This document shows positions 29,497 through 37,532 of a stretch of DNA of 64,000 nucleotides, piece after piece. The translations under genes were made by a program, and so were the position numbers. Positions within the stretch are counted from its first letter, which is position 1. Each line of letters begins with the position of its first letter. The stretch comes from Klebsiella phage KMI7. The DNA is taken from the sequence record MN101221.1; one strand, given 5' to 3'. The notes under the pieces are model-generated. The model did not search any database, was not told the origin of the DNA, and worked only from the letters and a program-made list of their open reading frames with translations.

Positions 29497-29527
29497 ATAT
29501 TAACACCTTTATTTGATTGGTGTTATT

Positions 29528-30010
29528 ATGCTCACTAAACGTATTACTAAGAAAGATTATCCATCCATTAAACAAGCTCTTTTTGAACAGCAAAACGGCT
29601 TGTGCGCGTTATGTGGTCGCCCTTTAGAGGGTGACCTTGAAAAACATCACCTTGACCATGATCATGCTCTATCTGGTTCTAATGCCGGACGTGTGCGCGG
29701 CCTCCTATGTAACCTATGCAACGGTACAGAAGGTATTGTAAAGCACAAATTCAATCGTTCTGGTCTGGTTTCCCGTGATGTTGATTACATCGAATGGCTA
29801 GAAAGCCTGGTAGCATACCTCAAACGCGACTATTCACAAAACCGTATGCACGACAAATTTATACCCGATAAGGTTAAATGGTTTACACGCCTGACTAAAT
29901 CGGATATGATAGCCGAAATGATTTCTATGGGCTTTGAGTACTCAGAAACTGAGGATCGCAAGGCTTTAGCAAAGAGCTATAGAAGACAATTAATGAAGGC
30001 AACCAAATGA
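29528..30010 (+). CDS. 49: endonuclease VII (Holliday junction resolvase, gp49)
   Basis: track TTG start trimmed to ATG (MLTKRI...); QNG.C.LC.R.L......HLDHDH.L.G..AG.VRGLLCNLCN..EG..KHKFNRSGL and C-terminal MIAEM...GFEY.E match T4 EndoVII. Confidence 0.9.
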   Translation: MLTKRITKKDYPSIKQALFEQQNGLCALCGRPLEGDLEKHHLDHDHALSGSNAGRVRGLLCNLCNGTEGIVKHKFNRSGLVSRDVDYIEWLESLVAYLKRDYSQNRMHDKFIPDKVKWFTRLTKSDMIAEMISMGFEYSETEDRKALAKSYRRQLMKATK

Positions 30011-32130
30011 AAGTAGAAAAACGCGACGGAACAATCGTCGATTTCGATAAAGAAAAAATTCGTAACGCAGTTTATAAAGCTGGCGGTACGATGACGGATG
30101 AAGACAGTGCGATTATGCTTGTGTTGCGTAGTCAGATCCGCAACGGTAAAGCAATGAAGATTTCACAAATTCAAGAACTTGTTGAAGAATCTTTGATGAA
30201 GACAAATCCGACTGTTGCCCGTGCATATATCGAATATCGTCATGATCGTGATATCTCCCGTGAACAAAACGGAAAATTATTCCGTGATATCAAGGGTTTG
30301 ATGACTCTTAGTAACAAAGAATTAACCAACGAAAACGCAAACAAAGATTCTCGCGTATTCCCGACTAAACGCGATCTTCTGGCTGGTATCGTTTCTAAAC
30401 ATATGGCGCGTAACCATATTCTACCGAAACATATTGTTGCGGCGCATGATTCCGGTGATATTCATTATCACGATCTGGATTACAGCCCGTTCACCCCATA
30501 CACTAACTGCTGTCTTGTTGACCTGAAAGGCATGTTAGAAAACGGGTTCCGGATGGGTAACGCTGATATCGAACCGCCAAAATCAATCGGTGTTGCTACT
30601 GCTCTTATGGCTCAGATCACCGCACAGATTGCTTCTCACCAGTACGGCGGGACAACCTTTGCAAACGTCGATCAGGTGCTGGCCCCTTACGTTGAAATGA
30701 CGTACAACAAACACTTTAAAGATGCTGTTTGGTACGGGGTTCCTAAATCAAAACAGTATGCGATGGAAAAAACAGAAAAGGATGTATTCGATGCGTTCCA
30801 GTCATACGAATATGAAGTAAACACCTTACATACTGCAAATGGACAGACGCCTTTTGTCACAATCACTTTTGGTATGGGTACTGGTTGGCGCGAACGCATG
30901 ATCCAGAAAGCAATTCTGAAAAACCGTATTCGTGGACTGGGTAAAAAGGGCATTACTCCCGTATTCCCAAAACTGGTTATGTTTATGGAAAAAGGGATTA
31001 ACCTTAATCCGGAAGACAGAAACTATGATATTAAGAAATTGGCCCTGGAATGTTCTTCAAAGCGTATGTATCCGGATATTATTAGCGCGGCTAATAACCG
31101 TCGTATTACTGGCTCTAGCATTCCTGTATCTCCTATGGGTTGTCGTAGTTTCCTTAGCGTGTGGAATGATGAGCACGGTAATGAAATTCTTGATGGACGT
31201 AATAACCTGGGCGTTGTGACAATCAACCTTCCTCGTATTGCGATTGAAGCCCAAACACAGGAAGATGAAGACGCGCATGATGCATTTTGGCGTATCCTTG
31301 ATGAACGTCTGGAACTGTGTTTTGAAGCCCTGATGACTCGTATTGATAGTCTCAGAGGTGTTAAAGCCAGTGTAGCCCCGATCCTTTATACAGAAGGTGC
31401 GTTTGGTGTAAGGTTGAAACCCGATGATGAAATATTGGAACTGTTCAAAAATGGGCGTAGTTCTATCAGTCTGGGATACATCGGATTGCATGAAACTCTG
31501 ATGCTTTTCGGATCTGGACAGCACCCATTCGACCGGATCGGTTCTCAGAACATGGGTAGACTGATTCTGGAATATCTACGCGCTGCGACCGAAGCATGGA
31601 AAAAGAAAACCGGATTTGGGTTTAGTCTGTATTCAACCCCTGCTGAATCTCTATGTCATCGTTTCTGCAAACTGGACTATGAGAAATTCGGAAGTATCAA
31701 AGGGATCACAGATAAAGGCTGGTACACTAACAGTTTTCATCTGGACGTTGACCGCAAGGTAACACCGTTCGAGAAAATCGACTATGAAGCCGATTATCAT
31801 TACATTGCAACTGCTGGACATATCAGCTATGTAGAATTCCCTGATATGAAAAACAACCTGGAAGCCCTTGAAAAAGTCTGGGATTATGCAATGGATAAAC
31901 TGGACTACTTCGGAACAAACCTTCCTGTTGATAAATGCTTTGAATGTGGTTCGGATGATGAATTTAAGCCAACAGAAGACGGTTTTCATTGTACCCATTG
32001 TGGGAACCACGATCCGGAAAAAATGAGCGTCACGCGCCGTACATGCGGTTATTTGGGTGCTCCTGCTGTCCGTGGGTTCAACGAAGGTAAGAACAAAGAA
32101 ATGATGCATCGCATTAAGCATCAAAATTAA
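30007..32130 (+). CDS. nrdD: anaerobic ribonucleoside-triphosphate reductase NrdD (class III), intron-less
   Basis: 707 aa; N-terminal ATP-cone, C-terminal zinc site CFECGSDDE...CTHCG and glycyl-radical motif RRTCGYLG; ATGA overlap with gene 49. Confidence 0.9.
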   Translation: MKVEKRDGTIVDFDKEKIRNAVYKAGGTMTDEDSAIMLVLRSQIRNGKAMKISQIQELVEESLMKTNPTVARAYIEYRHDRDISREQNGKLFRDIKGLMTLSNKELTNENANKDSRVFPTKRDLLAGIVSKHMARNHILPKHIVAAHDSGDIHYHDLDYSPFTPYTNCCLVDLKGMLENGFRMGNADIEPPKSIGVATALMAQITAQIASHQYGGTTFANVDQVLAPYVEMTYNKHFKDAVWYGVPKSKQYAMEKTEKDVFDAFQSYEYEVNTLHTANGQTPFVTITFGMGTGWRERMIQKAILKNRIRGLGKKGITPVFPKLVMFMEKGINLNPEDRNYDIKKLALECSSKRMYPDIISAANNRRITGSSIPVSPMGCRSFLSVWNDEHGNEILDGRNNLGVVTINLPRIAIEAQTQEDEDAHDAFWRILDERLELCFEALMTRIDSLRGVKASVAPILYTEGAFGVRLKPDDEILELFKNGRSSISLGYIGLHETLMLFGSGQHPFDRIGSQNMGRLILEYLRAATEAWKKKTGFGFSLYSTPAESLCHRFCKLDYEKFGSIKGITDKGWYTNSFHLDVDRKVTPFEKIDYEADYHYIATAGHISYVEFPDMKNNLEALEKVWDYAMDKLDYFGTNLPVDKCFECGSDDEFKPTEDGFHCTHCGNHDPEKMSVTRRTCGYLGAPAVRGFNEGKNKEMMHRIKHQN

Positions 32131-32132
32131 TC

Positions 32133-32171
32133 AAAAAGCCCTTGACTTCGGTTGAGGGCTTTTGTTATATT
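32133..32171 (+). promoter_or_regulatory. terminator-promoter cassette family A (PeSL-like): hairpin GCCCTTGACTTCGGTTGAGGGC with embedded -35 TTGACT, T-run, extended -10 TGtTATATT
   Basis: near-identical copies at 50033-50054 and 63049-63070 (opposite orientation); 17-nt spacer from TTGACT to TATATT. Confidence 0.7.
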
Positions 32172-32197
32172 GGGCCTATCGAAAAAGGAGACATATT

Positions 32198-32440
32198 ATG
32201 AAACTGACTAAGAAAATGACCGATGTAGTGGCATGTGCGTTTGCATTAGGCTACAAAGTTGAAAATCATCCAACTCGCGTTGAAGTCATCAACCCTATCA
32301 AGGGCCGTCCTGGTTTGGTTCTGTGTGAAGACGGTACAGCATATCGTAATGATGTCTCTTTAGAACTGGCAACTACTATCCGCACCGCAAAACAAATGAA
32401 AGATGTTCTCATTAGCGGCGCAAAATTGAGGGCTTTATGA
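32198..32440 (+). CDS. hypothetical protein (80 aa)
   Basis: track ORF trimmed to ATG with AAAAGGAGACATATT SD located just downstream of the cassette promoter. Confidence 0.5.
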   Translation: MKLTKKMTDVVACAFALGYKVENHPTRVEVINPIKGRPGLVLCEDGTAYRNDVSLELATTIRTAKQMKDVLISGAKLRAL

Positions 32441-32934
32441 TGTATTGGACAAAAGATAAATTTGTTTTTCGTGATGATACGTGCTTTGGGACTGCATACC
32501 GAAACTTAGCTATTCGTGGAGGTTCGTTTTCGGCTAATGATTTGTCTAAGGTAGTATTTCCTATTAAAGTTACTGAGTATGACGTATTCGGTGTTAAAGG
32601 GTTTACTGATTACTTTGGTACAAAGTTTGAATCAGAATCCTACATTTTTACTAATAGCGATCGTGAATTGTTCAAAAAACACGTTGTTGTTAAAGAAAAA
32701 CCGCTATTACCAAAAGAAGATGAAGCAAAGGAAATCTATGATCTCCTGAACATGCTTGATAATCTCGGTACGTGTCATCTGTTCGGTAAACGCGCCCGTA
32801 AAGCGAAAGATGTTCTCAACCTGTTACGCTCTCGCCGTAATTATCTGATCCGGGAAGCGGAACGTAATCTGAAAAATTCAGAAAAACAAGTTGATTTTCA
32901 TAAATCAACCCTTGCGAAATTAAAGGCTTTGTGA
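32437..32934 (+). CDS. hypothetical protein (165 aa)
   Basis: ATGA overlap with previous ORF. Confidence 0.5.
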   Translation: MMYWTKDKFVFRDDTCFGTAYRNLAIRGGSFSANDLSKVVFPIKVTEYDVFGVKGFTDYFGTKFESESYIFTNSDRELFKKHVVVKEKPLLPKEDEAKEIYDLLNMLDNLGTCHLFGKRARKAKDVLNLLRSRRNYLIREAERNLKNSEKQVDFHKSTLAKLKAL

Positions 32935-33140
32935 TGTTTCCGTTATACGCTAAAGTGCGTCGAAATGTCGGGAATTCATATCAAGAATGGAGTGAATGGC
33001 TACGTGAAACAAAGTCATTCTACATTTCAAAAGCAACTGATATGAAAGGCCGTAACATTCGCTATCGTAAACCCAGTGGTAAACGAGTGAATGGGATAGA
33101 TTACATTGTTCTTGATTCGATTCGGGATGATATAAAATGA
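32931..33140 (+). CDS. hypothetical protein (69 aa)
   Basis: ATGA overlap chain. Confidence 0.4.
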   Translation: MMFPLYAKVRRNVGNSYQEWSEWLRETKSFYISKATDMKGRNIRYRKPSGKRVNGIDYIVLDSIRDDIK

Positions 33141-33649
33141 TTAGCAAGATCCTTGATAAGTTATTTCCTTCCCGTGTTGCTGAACGCGAGAAGAGACAAA
33201 ATCGTTTTCAGAACGCTATTGACTATCTCGAAGAAATTCGATTTCAGAAATTCCTTGAAGATAAAAAGATGCGTGAAGACGAGAAGCACCCAAATTCTAA
33301 AATGGCTGACGGTGTAACAAAATGTGCGGTTGGTCGGACGTGGAAACGAAAAGACTACAAGGATCTTGTTTCTGCTATACCACGCGGAAGCCTGGAAGAT
33401 TACTCAAAAGCAACGGGCCGATCTTATACCGGATGCCTTAACAGACTCTGTATGATTGGTGTTGTTAAGAGAATGACTCCTACGTATAATCATGTTTATA
33501 TGGCTATCGTAAAGAAAAGAAGGTTGCAATTCTATGCAGCATCTGGGGAATCTATCAATCTAATTGATGATTTAATTGAAGTTGGGTATGTAGACGACGG
33601 GAAAATTTTAAAAGCTCCTGATTATCTACGTGGTAAACTATTGAAATAG
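33137..33649 (+). CDS. hypothetical protein (170 aa)
   Basis: ATGA overlap chain; basic. Confidence 0.5.
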   Translation: MISKILDKLFPSRVAEREKRQNRFQNAIDYLEEIRFQKFLEDKKMREDEKHPNSKMADGVTKCAVGRTWKRKDYKDLVSAIPRGSLEDYSKATGRSYTGCLNRLCMIGVVKRMTPTYNHVYMAIVKKRRLQFYAASGESINLIDDLIEVGYVDDGKILKAPDYLRGKLLK

Positions 33650-33658
33650 GTATAAATT

Positions 33659-33910
33659 ATGATTTTCAACAAAGCAAATTCACGTAATTTGAACTATCTA
33701 CGCTGTGAACTGGAAGCTAACGAAATTGAACTGTTTTTCTGTGGGGCTACAGATCCGGAACACAAATTGCATTGGGTATCAGGTGAGATTATAAGCCTAA
33801 CCGATCAGATTGTCGAAGAGGCTACCCGCCGCGATGCAATCGTTAAAATTGGTGCTGTTGATGTGAACTATGAAGGACATCCTTCATTTTTCATTCAATA
33901 CTATCCATAA
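33659..33910 (+). CDS. hypothetical protein (83 aa)
   Basis: GTATAAATTATG immediately upstream (late-promoter-like, too close to act). Confidence 0.45.
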   Translation: MIFNKANSRNLNYLRCELEANEIELFFCGATDPEHKLHWVSGEIISLTDQIVEEATRRDAIVKIGAVDVNYEGHPSFFIQYYP

Positions 33911-33915
33911 AAGTA

Positions 33916-33944
33916 TTGACATGTATATCTGAATGTAGTAACAT
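33916..33944 (+). promoter_or_regulatory. sigma70-type early promoter TTGACA-17-TAACAT
   Basis: consensus -35, 17-nt spacer; 27 nt upstream of ORF 33971. Confidence 0.55.
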
Positions 33945-33970
33945 CCTTCTTGTCAACTAAGGAGGATGTT

Positions 33971-34165
33971 ATGAAAATCAAAAACACTGCTACTGAAACT
34001 CTTTGCAACGAAATTGCAGAAATGTACTGGAGTAAAGGTCACTTAGAGGCTATGAAAGAGTTTCAAAAGTGGTGTGATACCCAAAAGTTAGCTAAATGGG
34101 AATACATCGTTATTGTTGAACGGATCAAAGAACTGATCCTCGTGAAGAAAGGTAACATGAAATGA
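33971..34165 (+). CDS. hypothetical protein (64 aa)
   Basis: track ORF trimmed to ATG with AAGGAGGATGTT SD. Confidence 0.45.
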   Translation: MKIKNTATETLCNEIAEMYWSKGHLEAMKEFQKWCDTQKLAKWEYIVIVERIKELILVKKGNMK

Positions 34166-34689
34166 TTCAACTGAAATTAGACACAAATGCGGTGTTAAGC
34201 CTGTTTCCAGAAGGTTCAACCGCTCGCGTAGATCTCCAATCTGCTATCATCAAAAACGTGGTGAATAGCGTGGTTGGTAAGCGTGTTAGCGAAGAAATCA
34301 ACAAACGGATCCAGGAACAGTTAGCTGTTCTAATGCCGAACTCATCCGAAATTACACAGATCATCAAATCTGAATTCTCGGATTACGTCGAAAAACGTTA
34401 TGGGTATTCTAATGTTTTCGATGTCAATTATGGCAATATTCGCGAACTGTCTGGTAAAATCAAAGAATCGGTAAAACAGCAATGCCAAACCATTCTTAAA
34501 GATATCGAGAAAGAGGCGATTGCTCATGCAACAGAAAACATTATTGCAGACGAAGCCGCGTTTATCGCTCGCGTCTCGAATAACCTGGAAGTTACTGTAC
34601 GCAAAGCAGTAACGCAACGGGTTAACACTCAGTTCCCAGACATTATTGACGAAGCGATCAGAGAACGTCTGTTTGGTGAAAAAGCATGA
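34162..34689 (+). CDS. hypothetical protein (175 aa)
   Basis: ATGA overlap with previous; helical, no family recognised. Confidence 0.5.
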   Translation: MIQLKLDTNAVLSLFPEGSTARVDLQSAIIKNVVNSVVGKRVSEEINKRIQEQLAVLMPNSSEITQIIKSEFSDYVEKRYGYSNVFDVNYGNIRELSGKIKESVKQQCQTILKDIEKEAIAHATENIIADEAAFIARVSNNLEVTVRKAVTQRVNTQFPDIIDEAIRERLFGEKA

Positions 34690-35177
34690 ATTACGACCGC
34701 ATCTATAATATGGATGTGGTCAACGGAAAAGGGATCCGTGTTGTTTTGTTTGTGACTGGATGCAATCATAAATGCGAAGGTTGTTATAACAAATCGACGT
34801 GGAACCCTTGCAACGGAACACCGTACACGGAAGAGACAGAAAACCATCTGATTTCTCTGTTGAGTAATCCGCATGTTGATGGACTTACATTAACTGGCGG
34901 CGATCCGCTTTACCGTGACAACTATCCTACTATCCTAAAACTGCTTGAGCGCGTTTCTAAGGAACTTCCAAAGAAAAACGTATGGTTATGGACAGGATAT
35001 ACCCTGGAGGCTTTACAGGCCGACCCAGAACGTTCTAAGCTACTTCCTTACATTGATGTTCTGATTGATGGTAAGTATGAAAAAGATTTGCCAACGAAAA
35101 AGCCGTTTCGCGGTTCAGATAATCAACGTATGATCGAATTCGCTAAAAATTCGATAGAAATTAAAAATATTGCTTGA
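34686..35177 (+). CDS. nrdG: anaerobic RNR activating protein NrdG (radical SAM)
   Basis: 163 aa; MNYDRIY...RVVLFVTGCNHKCEGCYN (CxxxCxxC); LTLTGGDPLY; collinear with T4 NrdG. Confidence 0.9.
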   Translation: MNYDRIYNMDVVNGKGIRVVLFVTGCNHKCEGCYNKSTWNPCNGTPYTEETENHLISLLSNPHVDGLTLTGGDPLYRDNYPTILKLLERVSKELPKKNVWLWTGYTLEALQADPERSKLLPYIDVLIDGKYEKDLPTKKPFRGSDNQRMIEFAKNSIEIKNIA

Positions 35178-35246
35178 CCTAATGTGTAACTATGGTAATC
35201 TTACCACATCGTAAATGACGATTAACTTTAATTGAGAGATAATATC

Positions 35247-36206
35247 ATGATCCTGAATTTCAAAACCCGTAAAGAAGCGCGTAACTACTGCTGGAAGTGG
35301 AACATTCCCCTGAAAACTATCCGTAATACAGGGCGCGGTTCTTGCCCGTGGACAGTTCAAGCAAATGAACTGAAAACGTTCGTGGTTGGTAAAACTTACA
35401 AACTGGTTGACCGTGAAGGGTTTACTACCAATTCACACGGCGGATCTAACACCGCAAACACTATCCAAGCGAGACAGATCGAAAAATTCCTGAATAACGA
35501 GGTAAAAATTATCTCGAAAACCAATTCAGATACTTTCAAAATTGAGCATACTCCGGAAATGACTTTTAGCTCTCTGCGTTCGTGGGAAGCTCGTTATTTC
35601 GTTGAAGTTGGCGCGGCTCCGGTTAAGAAAACGAAAGCTAAACCGAAAAAAACCAACGTTACGGCTCCGGTTGCGCCTGTTGCACCAGTAACCGCAGATC
35701 TTGATCAAATGCTTGATGGTGGTTCGGCAATGTCGGTTGAATTAAATCCGACTGAATTTGTTGAAGGCCGTTCGTATGTTCTGGTTAAACCGCAGCAATT
35801 TAAAAATCGTTGTGGTGCTAACCACGGGATCAAATCATATACCGATGAACACAGTAATGGTGTATACACCGTTTACCATACGAATAATCTCAATCAACAT
35901 CAATTGAGCAAAACGGTAGAAACCATTGATTCCCAGACAGGGAAAGTTGGTTACTATCTGGTTGATTCTGAACGTTCGTTCTTCCGTGAACTGGCGACCG
36001 GAACTGCTGATGAACCTGTTAGCGTTTCCGGTAATAGCGCTATCGCTATCAACGTAGACGAAGCGGCTAAGAAAGAAGAAATCGCAAAAGCAATGGCACA
36101 GCTTGAAGAAGCGGTTAAAGCCCATGATGACGCGCTTCAAAATCTGCGTACTGCTTCCGACCTGGTTCGCAAAGCTGCTCGTAAAGTAGCAGAAGTAAGC
36201 AAGTAA
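35247..36206 (+). CDS. hypothetical protein (319 aa)
   Basis: track ORF trimmed to ATG with GAGAGATAATATC; central PVAPVAPV linker; followed by terminator. Confidence 0.5.
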   Translation: MILNFKTRKEARNYCWKWNIPLKTIRNTGRGSCPWTVQANELKTFVVGKTYKLVDREGFTTNSHGGSNTANTIQARQIEKFLNNEVKIISKTNSDTFKIEHTPEMTFSSLRSWEARYFVEVGAAPVKKTKAKPKKTNVTAPVAPVAPVTADLDQMLDGGSAMSVELNPTEFVEGRSYVLVKPQQFKNRCGANHGIKSYTDEHSNGVYTVYHTNNLNQHQLSKTVETIDSQTGKVGYYLVDSERSFFRELATGTADEPVSVSGNSAIAINVDEAAKKEEIAKAMAQLEEAVKAHDDALQNLRTASDLVRKAARKVAEVSK

Positions 36207-36210
36207 ATTA

Positions 36211-36236
36211 AACTGGGTGCTCCGGCACCCTTTTTA
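36211..36236 (+). terminator. rho-independent terminator GGGTGCTCCGGCACCCTTTTT
   Basis: 6-bp stem, T-run. Confidence 0.75.
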
Positions 36237-36247
36237 TGAGGTGACAC

Positions 36248-36916
36248 ATGGAATTATTAGAAGGTAAATCTTATACCCTGAACATCGACGCTAAAGAATT
36301 TGCAGAAAAAACCTGGCGAAATGCTTTAGCTGAATTGATCAAAAACAACGGCTATATCACAATCGATCGTATTGCTATTGGGGATACTGAGGACATTGCT
36401 TATGTTCTGCAAGATGATTTCGAATATGAGATCCCTAGCCATATCTGGAAATACTTCAAACCATATGATTTGCCGGAAGAAGAACCGAAGATCGCTACTA
36501 AAGAAGAAATCGCCGCGCCTGTTTTAAATTTTGTATCTTCTGATCCTAAAATGTGGATGACTGTAAAACCTGTTCAACAAGATATCAATGATCTGCGATT
36601 TGATTATCCTTTTGTCAAGCGGATCACTTCGATTTCTGTACTACCAGCGCCGACTGATTCACAGGCACTTGAATTTGCATTACAGCATGTTTTCGGTGAT
36701 AATAAGCTGTACGCGATTGACAAGGAAGCTGCTATTGATGAACAGAAAAAGGAAATCATCAACCTTCTTTCTCTGCATCAACAACTTGAAGCGGTGGAAT
36801 TGATTGAGCGTATGCTTTCTGATACAAAGAAAGATATCATTAGCAAAATCACTCCGGCACGAAGGAAAGCAATTGATGAAAATCGAGATTTACGGTATTC
36901 CCGAATCGCTTCATAA
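36248..36916 (+). CDS. hypothetical protein (222 aa)
   Basis: SD GAGGTGACAC; 3' end overlaps the next gene by 41 nt. Confidence 0.5.
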   Translation: MELLEGKSYTLNIDAKEFAEKTWRNALAELIKNNGYITIDRIAIGDTEDIAYVLQDDFEYEIPSHIWKYFKPYDLPEEEPKIATKEEIAAPVLNFVSSDPKMWMTVKPVQQDINDLRFDYPFVKRITSISVLPAPTDSQALEFALQHVFGDNKLYAIDKEAAIDEQKKEIINLLSLHQQLEAVELIERMLSDTKKDIISKITPARRKAIDENRDLRYSRIAS

Positions 36917-37157
36917 ATGTTACGGCTGTATTGAAGCTCGGAAATTACTTGATGATCATGGATTAGAATACGAATTTTATTCTGTTCTAAAGCCAGCAAA
37001 TAACAGTGTGGGGTTTGATTACGATCGACCCCGCATTGAAGAGTTAGCGAAACGTGTTCGTAGTCGAAGCATGGCATTTACTTACCCTCGGATCTTTGTA
37101 GATGGTAATTTTATTGGCGGTTATATGCAATTGAAAGAGTATTTGGGTGAAGCATGA
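36876..37157 (+). CDS. glutaredoxin, NrdC-type paralog (CYGC active site), occupying the nrdH-like position
   Basis: track ORF trimmed to ATG with AAGGAAAGCAATTG SD; MKIEIYG...CYGC...KLLDDHGLEYEFYSV...YPRIFVDGNFIGGYMQLKEY parallels NrdC at 29221. Confidence 0.7.
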   Translation: MKIEIYGIPESLHKCYGCIEARKLLDDHGLEYEFYSVLKPANNSVGFDYDRPRIEELAKRVRSRSMAFTYPRIFVDGNFIGGYMQLKEYLGEA

Positions 37158-37453
37158 ATAAAGAATACATTCGCAAAGTAGCAAACGCTATTCACGCAAC
37201 AACGATTGATTTTATGGAAGGATTTGATCATATTATCCATCCCGAAACGTTGGATAGTTGGGAAGCCAAACTGTTTAAAAGCATCAATGAACAGTTTCCG
37301 GAAAAAGTTAAACGCTGGTTTGTTAGACAGGAAATCGTAGCAACGATCCTTAATGAACGTGGTGTTGAGGCGTTCGGTGTAACCCCTCTATATAAACGAA
37401 ACCAGATTACAGACGAAACAATCAAGAAATATAAAAAGATGGTTCGGAAGTAA
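37154..37453 (+). CDS. hypothetical protein (99 aa)
   Basis: ATGA overlap; followed by terminator. Confidence 0.5.
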   Translation: MNKEYIRKVANAIHATTIDFMEGFDHIIHPETLDSWEAKLFKSINEQFPEKVKRWFVRQEIVATILNERGVEAFGVTPLYKRNQITDETIKKYKKMVRK

Positions 37454-37467
37454 TAAATAATCAGTTA

Positions 37468-37490
37468 AATGGCCTTCGGGCCATTTTTTG
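37468..37490 (+). terminator. rho-independent terminator ATGGCCTTCGGGCCATTTTTT
   Basis: 7-bp stem with TTCG loop and T-run, immediately followed by late promoter. Confidence 0.8.
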
Positions 37491-37492
37491 TA

Positions 37493-37500
37493 TATAAATA
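37493..37500 (+). promoter_or_regulatory. late promoter TATAAATA upstream of gene 34
   Basis: TATATAAATA 33 nt upstream of gp34 ATG. Confidence 0.6.
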
Positions 37501-37532
37501 TTGGTATTGAATACAATATAGGAAAAAAGATA

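Noticed and set aside
33940-33973. 8-bp inverted repeat AACATCCT…AGGATGTT that would sequester the SD and start codon of ORF 33971
   Set aside because: The 5' arm coincides with the -10 hexamer of the adjacent promoter, so it is absent from transcripts initiated there. Only relevant to read-through RNA, so not called as a regulatory element.
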